Shown here piece by piece: positions 16,848 through 27,143 of a stretch of 64,000 nt of DNA. Both the position numbers and the translations under genes were made by a program. Position 1 is the stretch's first letter, and each line of letters begins with the position of its first letter. Source of the stretch: an uncultured delta proteobacterium. Its GTDB lineage: Bacteria; Myxococcota; Myxococcia; Myxococcales; Myxococcaceae. The notes under the pieces were generated by a model, which saw nothing but the letters and a program-made list of their open reading frames with translations, had not been told where the DNA came from and searched no databases. The DNA is taken from positions 64,001 to 128,000 of the forward strand of contig CAVZMH010000014.1 of assembly GCA_963776345.1 (NCBI GenBank). The letters run 5' to 3'.

Positions 16848-19800
16848 ATGTTCGTGAGATTGACTCGTCTGGGAAGGCTCGGGGCGCCTCTGGTCGTGGC
16901 CCTGCTGCTCCCGTCGGTGGTGCTGGCGCAGGGTGCCACCTCGGTGCTCACCGGAAACGTCGTCGATGCCCAGAGCCGCGCCCCGGTCCCCGACGTGGTG
17001 GTGACCGCGACCTCGCCCTCGCTCCAGGGCGAGCAGGTCGTGGTCACCGACAACTCGGGCCTGTACCGGATCCCGCAGCTGCCCCCGGGCACCTACACCC
17101 TCCGCTTCGAGAAGGAGACCTACCGGCCCTTCAGCCGGACCGACCATCGAGGTGGCCGCGGACCGCACCCTCCGCCTGAACGTCGAGCTGCTGCCCGAGG
17201 CGATCCAGGGTGAGGTGATCACCGTGACCGGCGCGGCTCCGGTGGTGGACGTGGGCTCGAGCACGGTGGGCGCCACGCTCAACCAGGACTTCATCCGCAA
17301 CTTCGCCCTGAGCCGCGCGGGAGGCATCGGCGGGGCGGTCCGCTCCTTCGACTCGATCGCCGCCGCCGCGCCCCAGGCCGGGGTGGACCTCTACGGACTC
17401 TCGGTCAGCGGTGCGACCTCGCCGGAGAACTCGTACCTGATCGACGGGCTCTCGGTGAACAACCCCGCCTACGGCGTGCTCGGCACTCTTCTCACCGTCG
17501 AGTTCCTCGACGAGGTGAACGTCATCACCGGCGGCTACATGCCGGAGTACGGCCGGACCACCGGCGGCGCGGTGAGCGGCGTCACCAAGTCGGGCGGCAA
17601 CGAGTTCCACGGCAGCGTGTGGGGCACCTTCACCCCCGGCGCGCTCCAGGGCCGCGCGAACACGGTGACCACCGCCGGCGCGGTGGTTTCCGGCACCCGT
17701 GACCTCTACAACATCGGCGACTTCGGAGCGACGCTCGGCGGCTACATCCTCAAGGACAAGCTCTGGTTCTTCGCCGGCATCCAGCCGAGCTTCACCCGCT
17801 ACTCGTACACCCGGCAGTTCTCCATCGAGAACCCGGGTCAGACGGACGCCCAGGGAAACCAGGCCTACTCGCCCATCGCCAACAGCGACCAGCGGCGGTT
17901 CGCGGACGAGAAGTCCATCCAGTTCATCGGGAAGCTGACCTACCTCATCAACCCGGACCACCGGGTCAGCCTCACGGTCATCGGGACTCCGACCACCGGA
18001 GGCAGCGATGGCGCGTTCTCGGTGCGGGTGCCAGGACTTCTCGCTGCACGCGCGCCGTTCAGCCTCGCCGCCTGGACGGGCGGCACCTTCAACTCCAACC
18101 ACTACCTCACCAACGACACGGCCTACGACGTCAACGCCGAGCTGAACAGCAGCTTCCTGGACAAGAAGCTGCTCCTCGAGGTGCGGCTGGGCTGGCACCA
18201 CCAGATCGACGAGGGCGCCCCGGGTGACGGCAGCGGATTCGACAACATCCACAACCTGAACACCCTGGCCGGCATCCCCTCGCTGGCTCCGCTCTACAAC
18301 AGCAACGTCCTGGACTTCGAGGATCAGGTCCCGGCGAGCGTGCGCGAAGCCTGCGGAACCGGCGATCGCACCACCAAGTGCCAGACCAGCTGGAACCTCT
18401 ACGGCGGCAACAACTTCCTCGAGCGGCAGATCCTGGACTCGTTCCAGGGGAAGGCCACGGTCACCTATCTGCTCACCGCGCTGGGCCACCACGTGATCAA
18501 GGGCGGCGTGGAGGGGAGCATCTCGTACTACGACCACCTGAAGACCTACGGGGGCGGGGCCTGGTACTTCGACTTCGGTCCCGGAGCGGTCGGGGCCGGC
18601 AACTCGCTGGGTGTCCAGGAGGCGCGCCGGTTCGGCTACCTCTCGGACATCGACACGCCGGCGGGGAACGGGCTCCTCACCGCCAAGAGCAAGTCGGTGA
18701 TCATCGGCGGCTTCCTCCAGGACAGCTGGAGCATCCTGGACAAGGTCACGGTGAACGCCGGGGTCCGGTGGGACGGCCAGTACCTCTACGACAAGGATGG
18801 CCTCCTGGGGATGAAGCTCGGCAACGAGTGGTCACCCCGCATCGGTTTCGTCTGGGACCCCACGCAGCAGGGCCGCGCCAAGATCTTCGCCAACTACGGC
18901 CGGTACTACGAGGCGGTGCCGCTGGACATCGCCGACCGCGCGCTCTCCAGCGAGAGTCAGATCATCGCCAACCACGACTGCGATCCCAGGGTGGTGGGGA
19001 CGGCCGGATGTGATGCGGCCACCGCGCTGCGCGGCTCGAACATCACCCGGCCCAACGTGAAGTGGCGGAACGTGTCCGCGGACAAGACGGCCGTGGACCC
19101 CAACCTGCAGCCGACGTCGAACGACGAGATCGTGGCCGGCGGCGAGTACGAGATCTTCGCCAACGCCCGCCTGGGGGTCTCGTACACCTACCGGAACCTG
19201 GTCCGCACCATCGAGGACATGTCGGCGGACAACGGGAACACCTACTTCATCGGCAATCCGGGTGAGGGCGCCGCCGGCTCGTTCCCCAAGGCGACGCGCA
19301 CGTACCACGCGGTCACGGTGCAGTTCACCAAGAACTTCAGCGACCTCTGGCAGGCCCAGGTCAGCTACACCTGGTCGCAGCTGCGCGGGAACTACGACGG
19401 CCTGTTCCGGAGCGAGGACGGCCAGCTCGACCCGAACATCAACTCCACGTTCGATCTCGCGCAGCTCCTGGTGAACCAGGACGGGCCGCTGTCCAGCGAC
19501 ATCACCCACACCATCAAGGTGTACCTGGCGAAGGAGTTCGTGATCAGCCCGGTGCTGAGCTTCTCGCTGGGTCTCACCTATACCGGGGCCTCGGGGCCGC
19601 CCATCAGCTACACCGGGCCGTCGAACGAGAGCGGCTACGGCCCCGGGCAGGTCTACATCCTCCAGCGCGGCGAGGGCGGGCGTCTCCCCTGGGTGAACAG
19701 CATCGACGCCCGGCTGGCGGTGAACTACCGCTTCACCAAGGACAGCGTGGTCTCGCTGGGGGTGGATGGTTTCAACCTCTTCAACTTCCAGAACCCGATC

Positions 19801-20088
19801 CGGGTCGACCAGGAGTACGTGACGCTGCCCTCCCTGACCGGCGGCGGCCGCGACCCTGGCCCGATCATCAACGGCAAGCAGGGCAGCGTGCCTTCGCCGT
19901 ACGGGGTGAACGGGTCCCTGCCTCGCGGCGGGGTCGTTGCCGGGCCGAACGGGCCGGAGCTGAAGACGGTGGTCCTGCCCGATCCGGACCAGCAGCCGCA
20001 GACCTACGCCATCAACCCGAACTGGGGCCGGCCGACGCAGTACCAGGCGGTGCGCAGCTTCCGGTTCACCGCTCGCTTCACGTTCTGA
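16848..20088 (+). CDS. Oar-like TonB-dependent receptor with a +1 frameshift at about 17145
   Basis: Signal peptide plus carboxypeptidase-regulatory-like N-domain (16848-17144). Removing one C in GAC-C-ATC joins it to 17146-20088 (ENSYLIDG, GGYMPEYGRTTGG, C-terminal ARFTF). Confidence 0.88.
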
Positions 20089-20102
20089 GGACCGACGACA
20101 CC

Positions 20103-20849
20103 ATGACCAAGCCTTCCTTCCTTGTGGTGCCTCTCCTCGTCCTGCTCGCCGCGTGTGGAGGGGACGTCAATCACTCCTGCCTGGTCCAGCGGCCGGGTCT
20201 GGGCGGGTATCTGTTCGTGATGGACCGGACGGGCGCGGTGACCGGCGGCGCGGGGTGCGACGACACCGTCCTCCCCGCCCGGATGGCGGACAACCTCCGC
20301 TTCGACAAGCTCGGCGCCGACCAGCGCGAGGTGGTGTTCCGGGCGCAGTCGCTGATCCCGCTGGACGCGAACGGGGCTCCGGACTTCCCGGCCACGACCG
20401 GTGACGTGGGCCGGGCGCAGATCGGCGAGTCGCCGGACGCGGAGGGCATCTGCGCGGTCCCCAGCTTCACCACGGCGCAGGCCGTCGCGGCGCTGAGCGA
20501 CGGCACCCCACCGAACCCGCCCCGCTCGGTGACGCTGGCCAACACCCGGTTCCTCAGCGCGCCCGAGTACCAGGGCTCGCAGGCCGAGAGCGACGCCACG
20601 TACACCGTGGGCGCGTGCAGCGCGACGTACCACGGGCTCCTGCTCACGCCGATCGCCACGTGCAGCACCGACGCCGACTGCAACCCCTTCGCCGACCCCG
20701 CCAACGGTCGTCCCGCGGGCTCGGGCGTCAACCCGTTCTATCCGGTGAACTGCAACACCGAGGTGGGAGCGCTCTACGGCGAGGATCCGGGGACGGGCAT
20801 CTGCTGGTTCACGGGGACCACCTTCCCCCAGGTCCAGAAGTCGCCGTAG
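20103..20849 (+). CDS. Cys-rich lipoprotein directly after the Oar-like receptor (MlpA-like by position)
   Basis: LLAAC lipobox, eight further Cys, GAGG RBS. Confidence 0.75.
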   Translation: MTKPSFLVVPLLVLLAACGGDVNHSCLVQRPGLGGYLFVMDRTGAVTGGAGCDDTVLPARMADNLRFDKLGADQREVVFRAQSLIPLDANGAPDFPATTGDVGRAQIGESPDAEGICAVPSFTTAQAVAALSDGTPPNPPRSVTLANTRFLSAPEYQGSQAESDATYTVGACSATYHGLLLTPIATCSTDADCNPFADPANGRPAGSGVNPFYPVNCNTEVGALYGEDPGTGICWFTGTTFPQVQKSP

Positions 20850-20903
20850 GTCCCGCGAGCTCGACGCCGAGGCCCTCCCCCGGGGAGGTGCCGGGGGCGG
20901 TGC

Positions 20904-21187
20904 CCTCGACGGAGGTGCTCGACGGAGGTGCTGCTCGACGGAGGTGCTGCTCGACGGAGGTGCCAAACACCTCGTGACCACCTCGTGACCACCCGGAGGG
21001 GGGAGGGGTGGTGCCGCCCGAGAGGTGCCAAGCACCTCGTTACCCGCCCGAGAGGTGCCAAGCACCTCGTTACCGGCGCCGCTCGCCCGAGCCCGGGGAG
21101 GTGCCCCGGGGAGGTGCCAAACACCTCGTTACCTCCCCCGAGGGGGCCGCCTGGGAGGTGCCAGACACCTCGTGACCACCTCGTGAC
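20904..21187 (-). repeat. REP-like hairpin array: 5 copies plus half copies, all same orientation
   Basis: Copies at 20957, 21022, 21052, 21111, 21155; exact 30-bp tandem 21014-21043/21044-21073; CTCGACGGAGGTG x4 upstream. Confidence 0.9.
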
Positions 21188-21262
21188 CGGCCCCGTGGCT
21201 CGCCCGCGACCCCCCAGGTGGGCGCCGGGGCGGTGCTCTGTGCTACGAGCGGCCGGTCCAGG

Positions 21263-21991
21263 ATGATCGAGGCCCGCGGTCTCTCCAAGCGCTACGGCGA
21301 GGTGGTGGCGGCCTCCGGGGTGAGCTTCACCGTGGGCCGTGGCGAGGTCGTCGGCCTGCTCGGACCGAACGGCGCGGGCAAGACGACGGTGCTCCGGATG
21401 CTGGCCGGCGTGCTCACCCCGACCGCGGGCGAGGTGCGCATCGCCGGCCACGGGACCGAGGGCGAGGCCTTCGAGCTCAAGCGCGCGCTCGGGTTCCTCA
21501 CCGGCGACACCGCGCTGTACCAGCGGCTCACGCCGCGCGAGGTGCTCCGGTACTTCGGGCGGCTGCACGAGATCCCCGAGCGCCTGCTCGACTCCCGGGT
21601 CGAGACGCTGGTCGCGCGGTTCCGGCTCACCGAGTTCGCGGACCGCCTGTGCGGCAAGCTCTCCTCCGGTCAGAAGCAGCGGGCCAACATCGCGCGCGCC
21701 TTCGTCCACGACCCGCCGGCGCTCATCCTCGACGAGCCCACCACCGCGCTCGACGTGGTGACCGGCCGCTTTCTGCTCGAGGCGTTCCGCGAGGCCCGCG
21801 CGGCGGGGAAGGCCATCCTCTTCAGCACCCACGTGCTCGGCGACGCCGAGGCGCTCTGCGACCGGGTGGTGCTGCTCCACCGGGGCCAGGTGCTGGACCA
21901 GGGCACGGTGGAGGAGGTCTGCGCGCGCGCCGGCGCCCGCTCCCTGACCGACGCCTTCCTGGCCCGCGTGGGCGACGAGGTCGCCGCGTGA
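21263..21991 (+). CDS. ABC transporter ATP-binding protein (NatA-like)
   Basis: GPNGAGKTT, LSSGQKQR, LILDEPT, H-loop STH. Confidence 0.93.
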   Translation: MIEARGLSKRYGEVVAASGVSFTVGRGEVVGLLGPNGAGKTTVLRMLAGVLTPTAGEVRIAGHGTEGEAFELKRALGFLTGDTALYQRLTPREVLRYFGRLHEIPERLLDSRVETLVARFRLTEFADRLCGKLSSGQKQRANIARAFVHDPPALILDEPTTALDVVTGRFLLEAFREARAAGKAILFSTHVLGDAEALCDRVVLLHRGQVLDQGTVEEVCARAGARSLTDAFLARVGDEVAA

Positions 21992-24006
21992 GGCCGGGCA
22001 TCGTCTTCCACATCTTCCGCAAGGACCTGGTGGAGACGCTCCGCGACCGCCGCACGGTGGTGATGGCCTTCGTCGTGCCGGCCCTGCTGTACCCCCTGCT
22101 CTTCACGCTGCTCGGCTCGGTGGCCACCGACAAGCGCGGGGAGCTCGAGCGAACGCGCGCCCGGGTGGCGGCGTGGGGACCGGTGCCCGGGGCGGTGCTC
22201 GAGGCGGTGAAGCGCGAGGCCCGGGCCGAGGTCGTGGATCGCCGCGAGGTGCCACCGGCCGAGGCCGAGGCGGAGGCGCGGCGGCTCGTCGCGGCCAAGA
22301 CGGTGCACGTGGTCCTGCTCACGCCGGCCGGTGCCGCCGGGCCGAGCATCCCCATCCGGGTGCTGGCCGACTCGACCAACGTGGACTCGGACGCGATGGA
22401 GCGGCGGGTCTCCCGCGCGCTCCAGGACGCGGGAGCGGCGCTGCTGCGCGAGCGGATGACCGCGCTCGGCCAGGACCCGGCCGCCGCGAAGCCGCTCGAC
22501 CTCCGGGAGGAGGATCTGGCCGACGCCGCCCGGCGGGGCGCCAGCTTCGCCGCCGCGCTCCTGCCCTATCTGTTGCTGGTCCTGGTGGCGACCTCGGGGT
22601 TCTACGCCGCGCTCGACCTCACCGCCGGCGAGAAGGAGCGGGGCACGCTGCAGACGCTGCTCACCGCACCGGTGCGCTCGGTGGAGATCGTCGCCGGGAA
22701 GTACCTGGCGGTGCTCGCGCTCACCCTCGCCGCGACGGTGTGCAACCTCGGGTCGATCGCCCTGGCGCTGGCCCGCGGGACGGCGGCGCTGGAGGCCGGG
22801 GCGCGCTTCTCGCTCGGGCTGGCGAGCGCGGGAGCGATCTTCCTCACCGTGCTGCCGGCGGCGCTGCTCATCGTCGCGCTCCTGATGGCCGTCGGCGTCC
22901 TGGCCCGGAGCTACCGCGAGGGGCAGAGCTACCTGATGCCCCTCCTGCTCCTGGTGATGCTGGCGGGGTTCGCGAGCTTCCTCCCCGGAGCCGAGCTCAC
23001 GGCGGGCACCGCGCTGGTCCCGCTCCTCAACGTGACGCTCCTGGTGCACGACCTCCTGCTGGGGAAGGCCGGGGCATCCCTGGTGATGGTCGTCTGGGCG
23101 GTGAGCCTGGCCTGGGCGGCGCTCGGCATCCTGCTCGCGGCCCGGGTGTTCCAGACCGAGCAGGTGCTCCTGTCGGGCGAGAAGCCGTGGCGCGACGTGT
23201 TCTCGCCCGGAGTCCGGTCGGGGCGAGGCCTCACGCCCGGAAACGCCGTGCTCTTCGCCGCGGTGCTGCTGGTGCTCACCTTCTACGGCTCGGCGCTCTT
23301 CGAGCGGCGGGCCGGGGTGACCGCGCTGATCCTCGGGTCGCAGCTCGGCTTCTTCCTCGTGCCCTCGCTGCTCTGGTGCCGGCTGTTCCGTGCGCCGCTC
23401 GCCGAGACCCTGCAGCTCCGCTGGCCCACCGCGCGGGGATGGCTGGCCACTGTGCTGCTCGCGGCGGGAGGGTGGAGCGTGGGCGCGGTGGTCTGGGAGC
23501 AGCTCCTGCGCTTCCCCGGGGCGCGGGCCTATTCGGACTGGCTCGGCGAGCTGCTCGGGAAGCAGGGACAGCTCGGGGTCGGCGCGGCGCTGCTGCTGGT
23601 CGGGCTGCTCCCGGCGGTGGCCGAGGAGGTCACCTTCCGCGGCGTGGTGCTGGCGGGGCTCAGGCGCAGCGGCTCGCGGTGGATCGCGGTGGTGGGGAGC
23701 GCGCTGGTGTTCGGCCTGTTCCACATCAACCCGTACCACGTGGCCGCGGCGTCGGTGGTCGGGCTGCTCCTCGCCTGGGTGGCGCTGGAGAGCGGGAGCA
23801 TCGTCCCCGGCATGTTGATCCACCTGGTCAACAACGGCGCGCAGGTGCTGCTCGACCGCGTGCCGGACGTGGCCGCCCAGCTGCGGTCGCCGCTGGTGGT
23901 GGCTCTCGCGCTCGGGAGCACCGCGCTCGGAGCGTCGCTGGTGCGCGGCAGCAGGCGACGGACGCCCGGGCCGGCGCAGGCCTCCCCGTCGCTCGGGCCC
24001 GCCTAG
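21988..24006 (+). CDS. ABC-2 permease (NatB-like) fused to a CPBP/Abi intramembrane metalloprotease
   Basis: LRDRRT and AGEKERGTLQTLL (NatB); AEEVTFRG, FGLFH, HLVNN (CPBP); GTGA overlap with the ATPase. Confidence 0.88.
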   Translation: MRPGIVFHIFRKDLVETLRDRRTVVMAFVVPALLYPLLFTLLGSVATDKRGELERTRARVAAWGPVPGAVLEAVKREARAEVVDRREVPPAEAEAEARRLVAAKTVHVVLLTPAGAAGPSIPIRVLADSTNVDSDAMERRVSRALQDAGAALLRERMTALGQDPAAAKPLDLREEDLADAARRGASFAAALLPYLLLVLVATSGFYAALDLTAGEKERGTLQTLLTAPVRSVEIVAGKYLAVLALTLAATVCNLGSIALALARGTAALEAGARFSLGLASAGAIFLTVLPAALLIVALLMAVGVLARSYREGQSYLMPLLLLVMLAGFASFLPGAELTAGTALVPLLNVTLLVHDLLLGKAGASLVMVVWAVSLAWAALGILLAARVFQTEQVLLSGEKPWRDVFSPGVRSGRGLTPGNAVLFAAVLLVLTFYGSALFERRAGVTALILGSQLGFFLVPSLLWCRLFRAPLAETLQLRWPTARGWLATVLLAAGGWSVGAVVWEQLLRFPGARAYSDWLGELLGKQGQLGVGAALLLVGLLPAVAEEVTFRGVVLAGLRRSGSRWIAVVGSALVFGLFHINPYHVAAASVVGLLLAWVALESGSIVPGMLIHLVNNGAQVLLDRVPDVAAQLRSPLVVALALGSTALGASLVRGSRRRTPGPAQASPSLGPA

Positions 24007-25526
24007 AAGGTGAAGCGCGCGGCGAGCCCGCCGCCGCCCGGGCCGAAGACCGGGGTGACCTGGACCCGCGGCTCGGCGGCGGCGGACGAGAGCCGCTTGG
24101 AGAGGTTGCGGTTGTACCCGTCCGCGAGCCGGGCGGTCTCCTCGGGCGTGGTCACCATGTCCGGGGTGAGGGCGGCGATGGTGAGGAGCAGCCCCCCGAC
24201 CAGGACGCCGCCGCCGATGAGCATGGCGCCGTAGAGGCTGGTCTGCGCCGAGCGGTCCACGCACTTGTTGTAGCTGACCGTGCCCTGGGCGAAGCAGGCG
24301 GGGTCGTTCAGCGACTGCGCGTTGGTGCTCACGTAGATGCCGGACGCGACACCGGCGGCGAAGGTGAGGAACGAGAACCCGTAGAGGATGCCTCGCTCGC
24401 CCTTGCGCGCCTCGGAGGCCGTGGCGAGGTCGCCCCGGCCCACCATCCGGTAGAACTCCCCCGCCGAGAGCTGCTTCCCGCCGTGCAGGGTGAAGACGTC
24501 CGTCTGGTGGGGGCGGACGCGGAGCATGTCGCGGTAGTAGATCTCGCGCGCCAGGCCGGGTGGCGGCAGCTCATCCTCCACCGGCTTGCCGGGCTGCGCC
24601 TGGACCGAGTTCGTTCCGGGCGCGGGCGCCGGAGCGGCGGACGGGGCCTGCTGCACCGGGACGGCGCCGGGCGGGAGGAGAGGCTTCGCCGGGGCGCTCT
24701 GGGCGGGCGGGGCAGCCGGAGCGGTCAGCTGCTGCGCGGGTGCGGCCTGAGGTGCCGGCGCCACGAGCGGAGCGGCCACGGCGGCTCCGGCGGCGGGCGC
24801 GGAGTACTGCTGCGGGGGAGGCGCAGCGTACTGCTGAGGGGGCGCCGCGACTTGCTGCGGCGGTGGGGCGGCATACTGCTGCGCGGGTGCGGCCTGGGGC
24901 GCGGGCGCCGAGTACTGCGGCGGCGCGGCGTACTGCTGCACCGGTGCGCTCTGCGGTGGGGGCGCCACGAGCGGAGCGGCCACGGCGGCTCCGGCGGCGG
25001 GGGCGATACTGCTGCGGGGGAGGCGCGGCGTACTGCTGAGGGGGCGCCGCGACCTGCTGCGGCGGTGGGGCGGCATACTGCTGCGCGGGGGCGGCCTGGG
25101 GAGGGGGCGCGGCGTACTGCTGCGGGGGAGGTGCGGCGTATTGCTGCGCGGGAGGTGCGGCGTACTGCTGCGGGCGCGACCTGTGGCGGCGGCGCGACCG
25201 TTGCTGCGGCGGGGCGTACTGCGCCGGCGCGCATACTGCTGCGGGGGCGGTGCGGCGACCTGCTGCGGAGGCGCGGCCTGGGGAGCGGGCGCGGCGTACT
25301 GCTGCGGGGGCGGCGCGGCATACTGCTGCGGCGGCGCGACCTGTTGCTGCGGTGGGGCGTACTGCGCCGGCGCATACTGCTGCGGGGGCGCGGCCTGAGG
25401 CGGCGGCGCGACCTGTTGCTGCGGTGGGCCGTACTGCGCCGGCGGATATTGCTGCGCGGGCGCGGCCTGGGCCAGCGCCAGAGCGGGAAACAGCACACCC
25501 ATCACACAACCGAGCCGACCCAGCAT
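24003..25526 (-). CDS. Exported protein with a long PPQQYAAP repeat tract and C-terminal hydrophobic hairpin; net-compensating frameshifts within about 25005-25230
   Basis: Signal ALALA-Q, GGAGG RBS, many (A)PPQQ(Y/V)AAP units, Cys pair, C-terminal ARFTF. Confidence 0.72.
   Translation of the reverse strand: MLGRLGCVMGVLFPALALAQAAPAQQYPPAQYGPPQQQVAPPPQAAPPQQYAPAQYAPPQQQVAPPQQYAAPPPQQYAAPAPQAAPPQQVAAPPPQQYARRRSTPRRSNGRAAATGRARSSTPHLPRSNTPHLPRSSTPRPLPRPPPRSSMPPHRRSRSRRPLSSTPRLPRSSIAPAAGAAVAAPLVAPPPQSAPVQQYAAPPQYSAPAPQAAPAQQYAAPPPQQVAAPPQQYAAPPPQQYSAPAAGAAVAAPLVAPAPQAAPAQQLTAPAAPPAQSAPAKPLLPPGAVPVQQAPSAAPAPAPGTNSVQAQPGKPVEDELPPPGLAREIYYRDMLRVRPHQTDVFTLHGGKQLSAGEFYRMVGRGDLATASEARKGERGILYGFSFLTFAAGVASGIYVSTNAQSLNDPACFAQGTVSYNKCVDRSAQTSLYGAMLIGGGVLVGGLLLTIAALTPDMVTTPEETARLADGYNRNLSKRLSSAAAEPRVQVTPVFGPGGGGLAARFTF
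24725..25470. repeat. Coding tandem repeat tract (CAGCAGTAC-based units) with an internal duplication about 204 bp apart
   Basis: Recurring TACTGCTGCGG on the + strand; the same 41-mer starts at 24757 and 24961. Confidence 0.85.
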
Positions 25527-25747
25527 CGTCGCCTCCACGCGAGCGGCGCTCCCCTCGTGCCGCCTCGGGACGCCCCCAGGGGTCCCCCATCATCGTCAGG
25601 CGGGCACTTCTTCTCCAGCCTGCCGTCACCGGCTGGACGCCAACCCGGCAAGAGATCCGACACTCGTGGGGAGGATTCGTTGCAGCCGGGAGGCGTCGTT
25701 CGAGTCGCCGCGCGTCCGGCGGGTGACGGATGGGGGGAACGGCCCGG

Positions 25748-26500
25748 TCATCCGACCTGGATGCGCCCGGCCTCCGCGTCGAGGCGGGCCTTCTCGGCGA
25801 TGATCAGCCCCCGGACGTGCTCGCGGAAGGCCGCCACGTCCCCACCGAAGGGAGCTGGATCCACGGGAGGGAGGACCCGGACCCGGCACCGCGCCGTCCC
25901 GCGCATCACCCAGCCGTGCTTGGGGAGCAAGTCGCCGGTTCCGCTCAGGGCGATGGGAATGAGTGGCACCTGCCGCTCGATGGCCATCCGGAAGGCCCCG
26001 TCCTTGAACGCCTTCACCTCCCCGTCGGGGGAGCGGGTCCCCTCCGGGAAGAGGAGCACCGGGACTCCCCGCGCGAGCCAGGCCTCACAGGCACGCACCA
26101 TGGTGGCGATGCTGTCCCGGTCCCCGCGGACCAGGGGGACGTACCGGTTGAGCCGCATGTTCCAGCCGATGAACGGGATGCGGAAGTTGCTCGCCTTGGA
26201 CACCCACTTGAAGGGGCGCCAGAGCCCGAAGAGCACCAGGATGTCCGCGAGCGAGGCGTGGTTGGAGACGAGCACCGCGGCGCCACGCCATGGCAGGTGT
26301 TCGCGCCCCTCGACGCGGAGCCGCCAGAACGGGTTGCTCCAGAAGAAGAGCTGCGCCCAGAAGCACGAGTACAGGTGGAGGAGGCGCCCGTTCCGGTCCA
26401 CCGGCAGTGTGACCAGCCACACCACCAGCGCCCCGAGGAAGAGCGGGACGCAGCCCAGCGCGAGGTAGGCCCAGAACAGCGCGGAGAAGACGGCACGCAT
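25748..26500 (-). CDS. plsC: 1-acyl-sn-glycerol-3-phosphate acyltransferase
   Basis: NHASLAD (NHxxxxD) and FPEGTRS motifs. Confidence 0.9.
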   Translation of the reverse strand: MRAVFSALFWAYLALGCVPLFLGALVVWLVTLPVDRNGRLLHLYSCFWAQLFFWSNPFWRLRVEGREHLPWRGAAVLVSNHASLADILVLFGLWRPFKWVSKASNFRIPFIGWNMRLNRYVPLVRGDRDSIATMVRACEAWLARGVPVLLFPEGTRSPDGEVKAFKDGAFRMAIERQVPLIPIALSGTGDLLPKHGWVMRGTARCRVRVLPPVDPAPFGGDVAAFREHVRGLIIAEKARLDAEAGRIQVG

Positions 26501-26668
26501 CGCAGGCGGCGGTCAGATCTCCCGGGGAGGGAACCCGCGCCGGAGGAGCGCCGGGGCGGTGGCCATGGCGAGCGACCCTAGCACTCCGGCGCCCGCGCCG
26601 GCGCTGCAGGCGCTCGACGAGGCGGAGGATGGGCCGGCAGGATGGGTGCCCCCGAGCGGGAGGGCCAC

Positions 26669-26956
26669 ATGAACTTCCTGGTCATCGCCCACGACTTTCG
26701 CGACCCGGAGGCGCCGGCGCGGCGCCTCCAGCACCGGCCGGCGCACATCGAGGGCGTGAAGCGGATGAAGGCGGAGGGAACCTTCCTCGACGGTGGGGCG
26801 ATGCTGGACAACGAGGGCCGGATGGTTGGCTCGATGGTCCTGGTGGACTTCCCCTCCCGCACCGAGGTCGACGCCTGGCTCGCCGTCGACCCGTACGTCA
26901 CGGGCCAGGTCTGGGAACACATCGCGGTCCGGCCCTTCCGGCGGGTGCAGCTCTAG
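26669..26956 (+). CDS. YciI family protein
   Basis: RLQHRPAH, GSMVLV, DPY motifs; 95 aa. Confidence 0.9.
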   Translation: MNFLVIAHDFRDPEAPARRLQHRPAHIEGVKRMKAEGTFLDGGAMLDNEGRMVGSMVLVDFPSRTEVDAWLAVDPYVTGQVWEHIAVRPFRRVQL

Positions 26957-26968
26957 GCGACCTCGCAG

Positions 26969-27101
26969 GTCACGAGGTGCAGGTAACGAGGGGTAACGAG
27001 GTGCTTGGCACCCCGGTAACGAGGTGCTTGGCACCCTAGGTAACGAGGTGCTTGGTAACGAGGTGCTTGGCACCTCTGGTAACGAGGTGTTTGGCACCTC
27101 G
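26969..27101 (+). repeat. Dense head-to-tail REP-like array: 4 full copies plus truncated ones
   Basis: GTAACGAGGTG(C/T)TTGGCACC at 26993, 27016, 27055, 27079; partials at 26969, 26983, 27040. Confidence 0.92.
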
Positions 27102-27143
27102 GGTCTTGACGCGGACTGCACCGGCGTTCAGGAATGCGGGCCC

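Noticed and set aside
17140..17150. Programmed frameshift or pseudogenisation in the Oar-like receptor
   Set aside because: A single extra C with no slippery site; similar one-base indels at about 55406, 61580, 61730, 62390 and 62585 suggest consensus errors. It cannot be resolved without reads.
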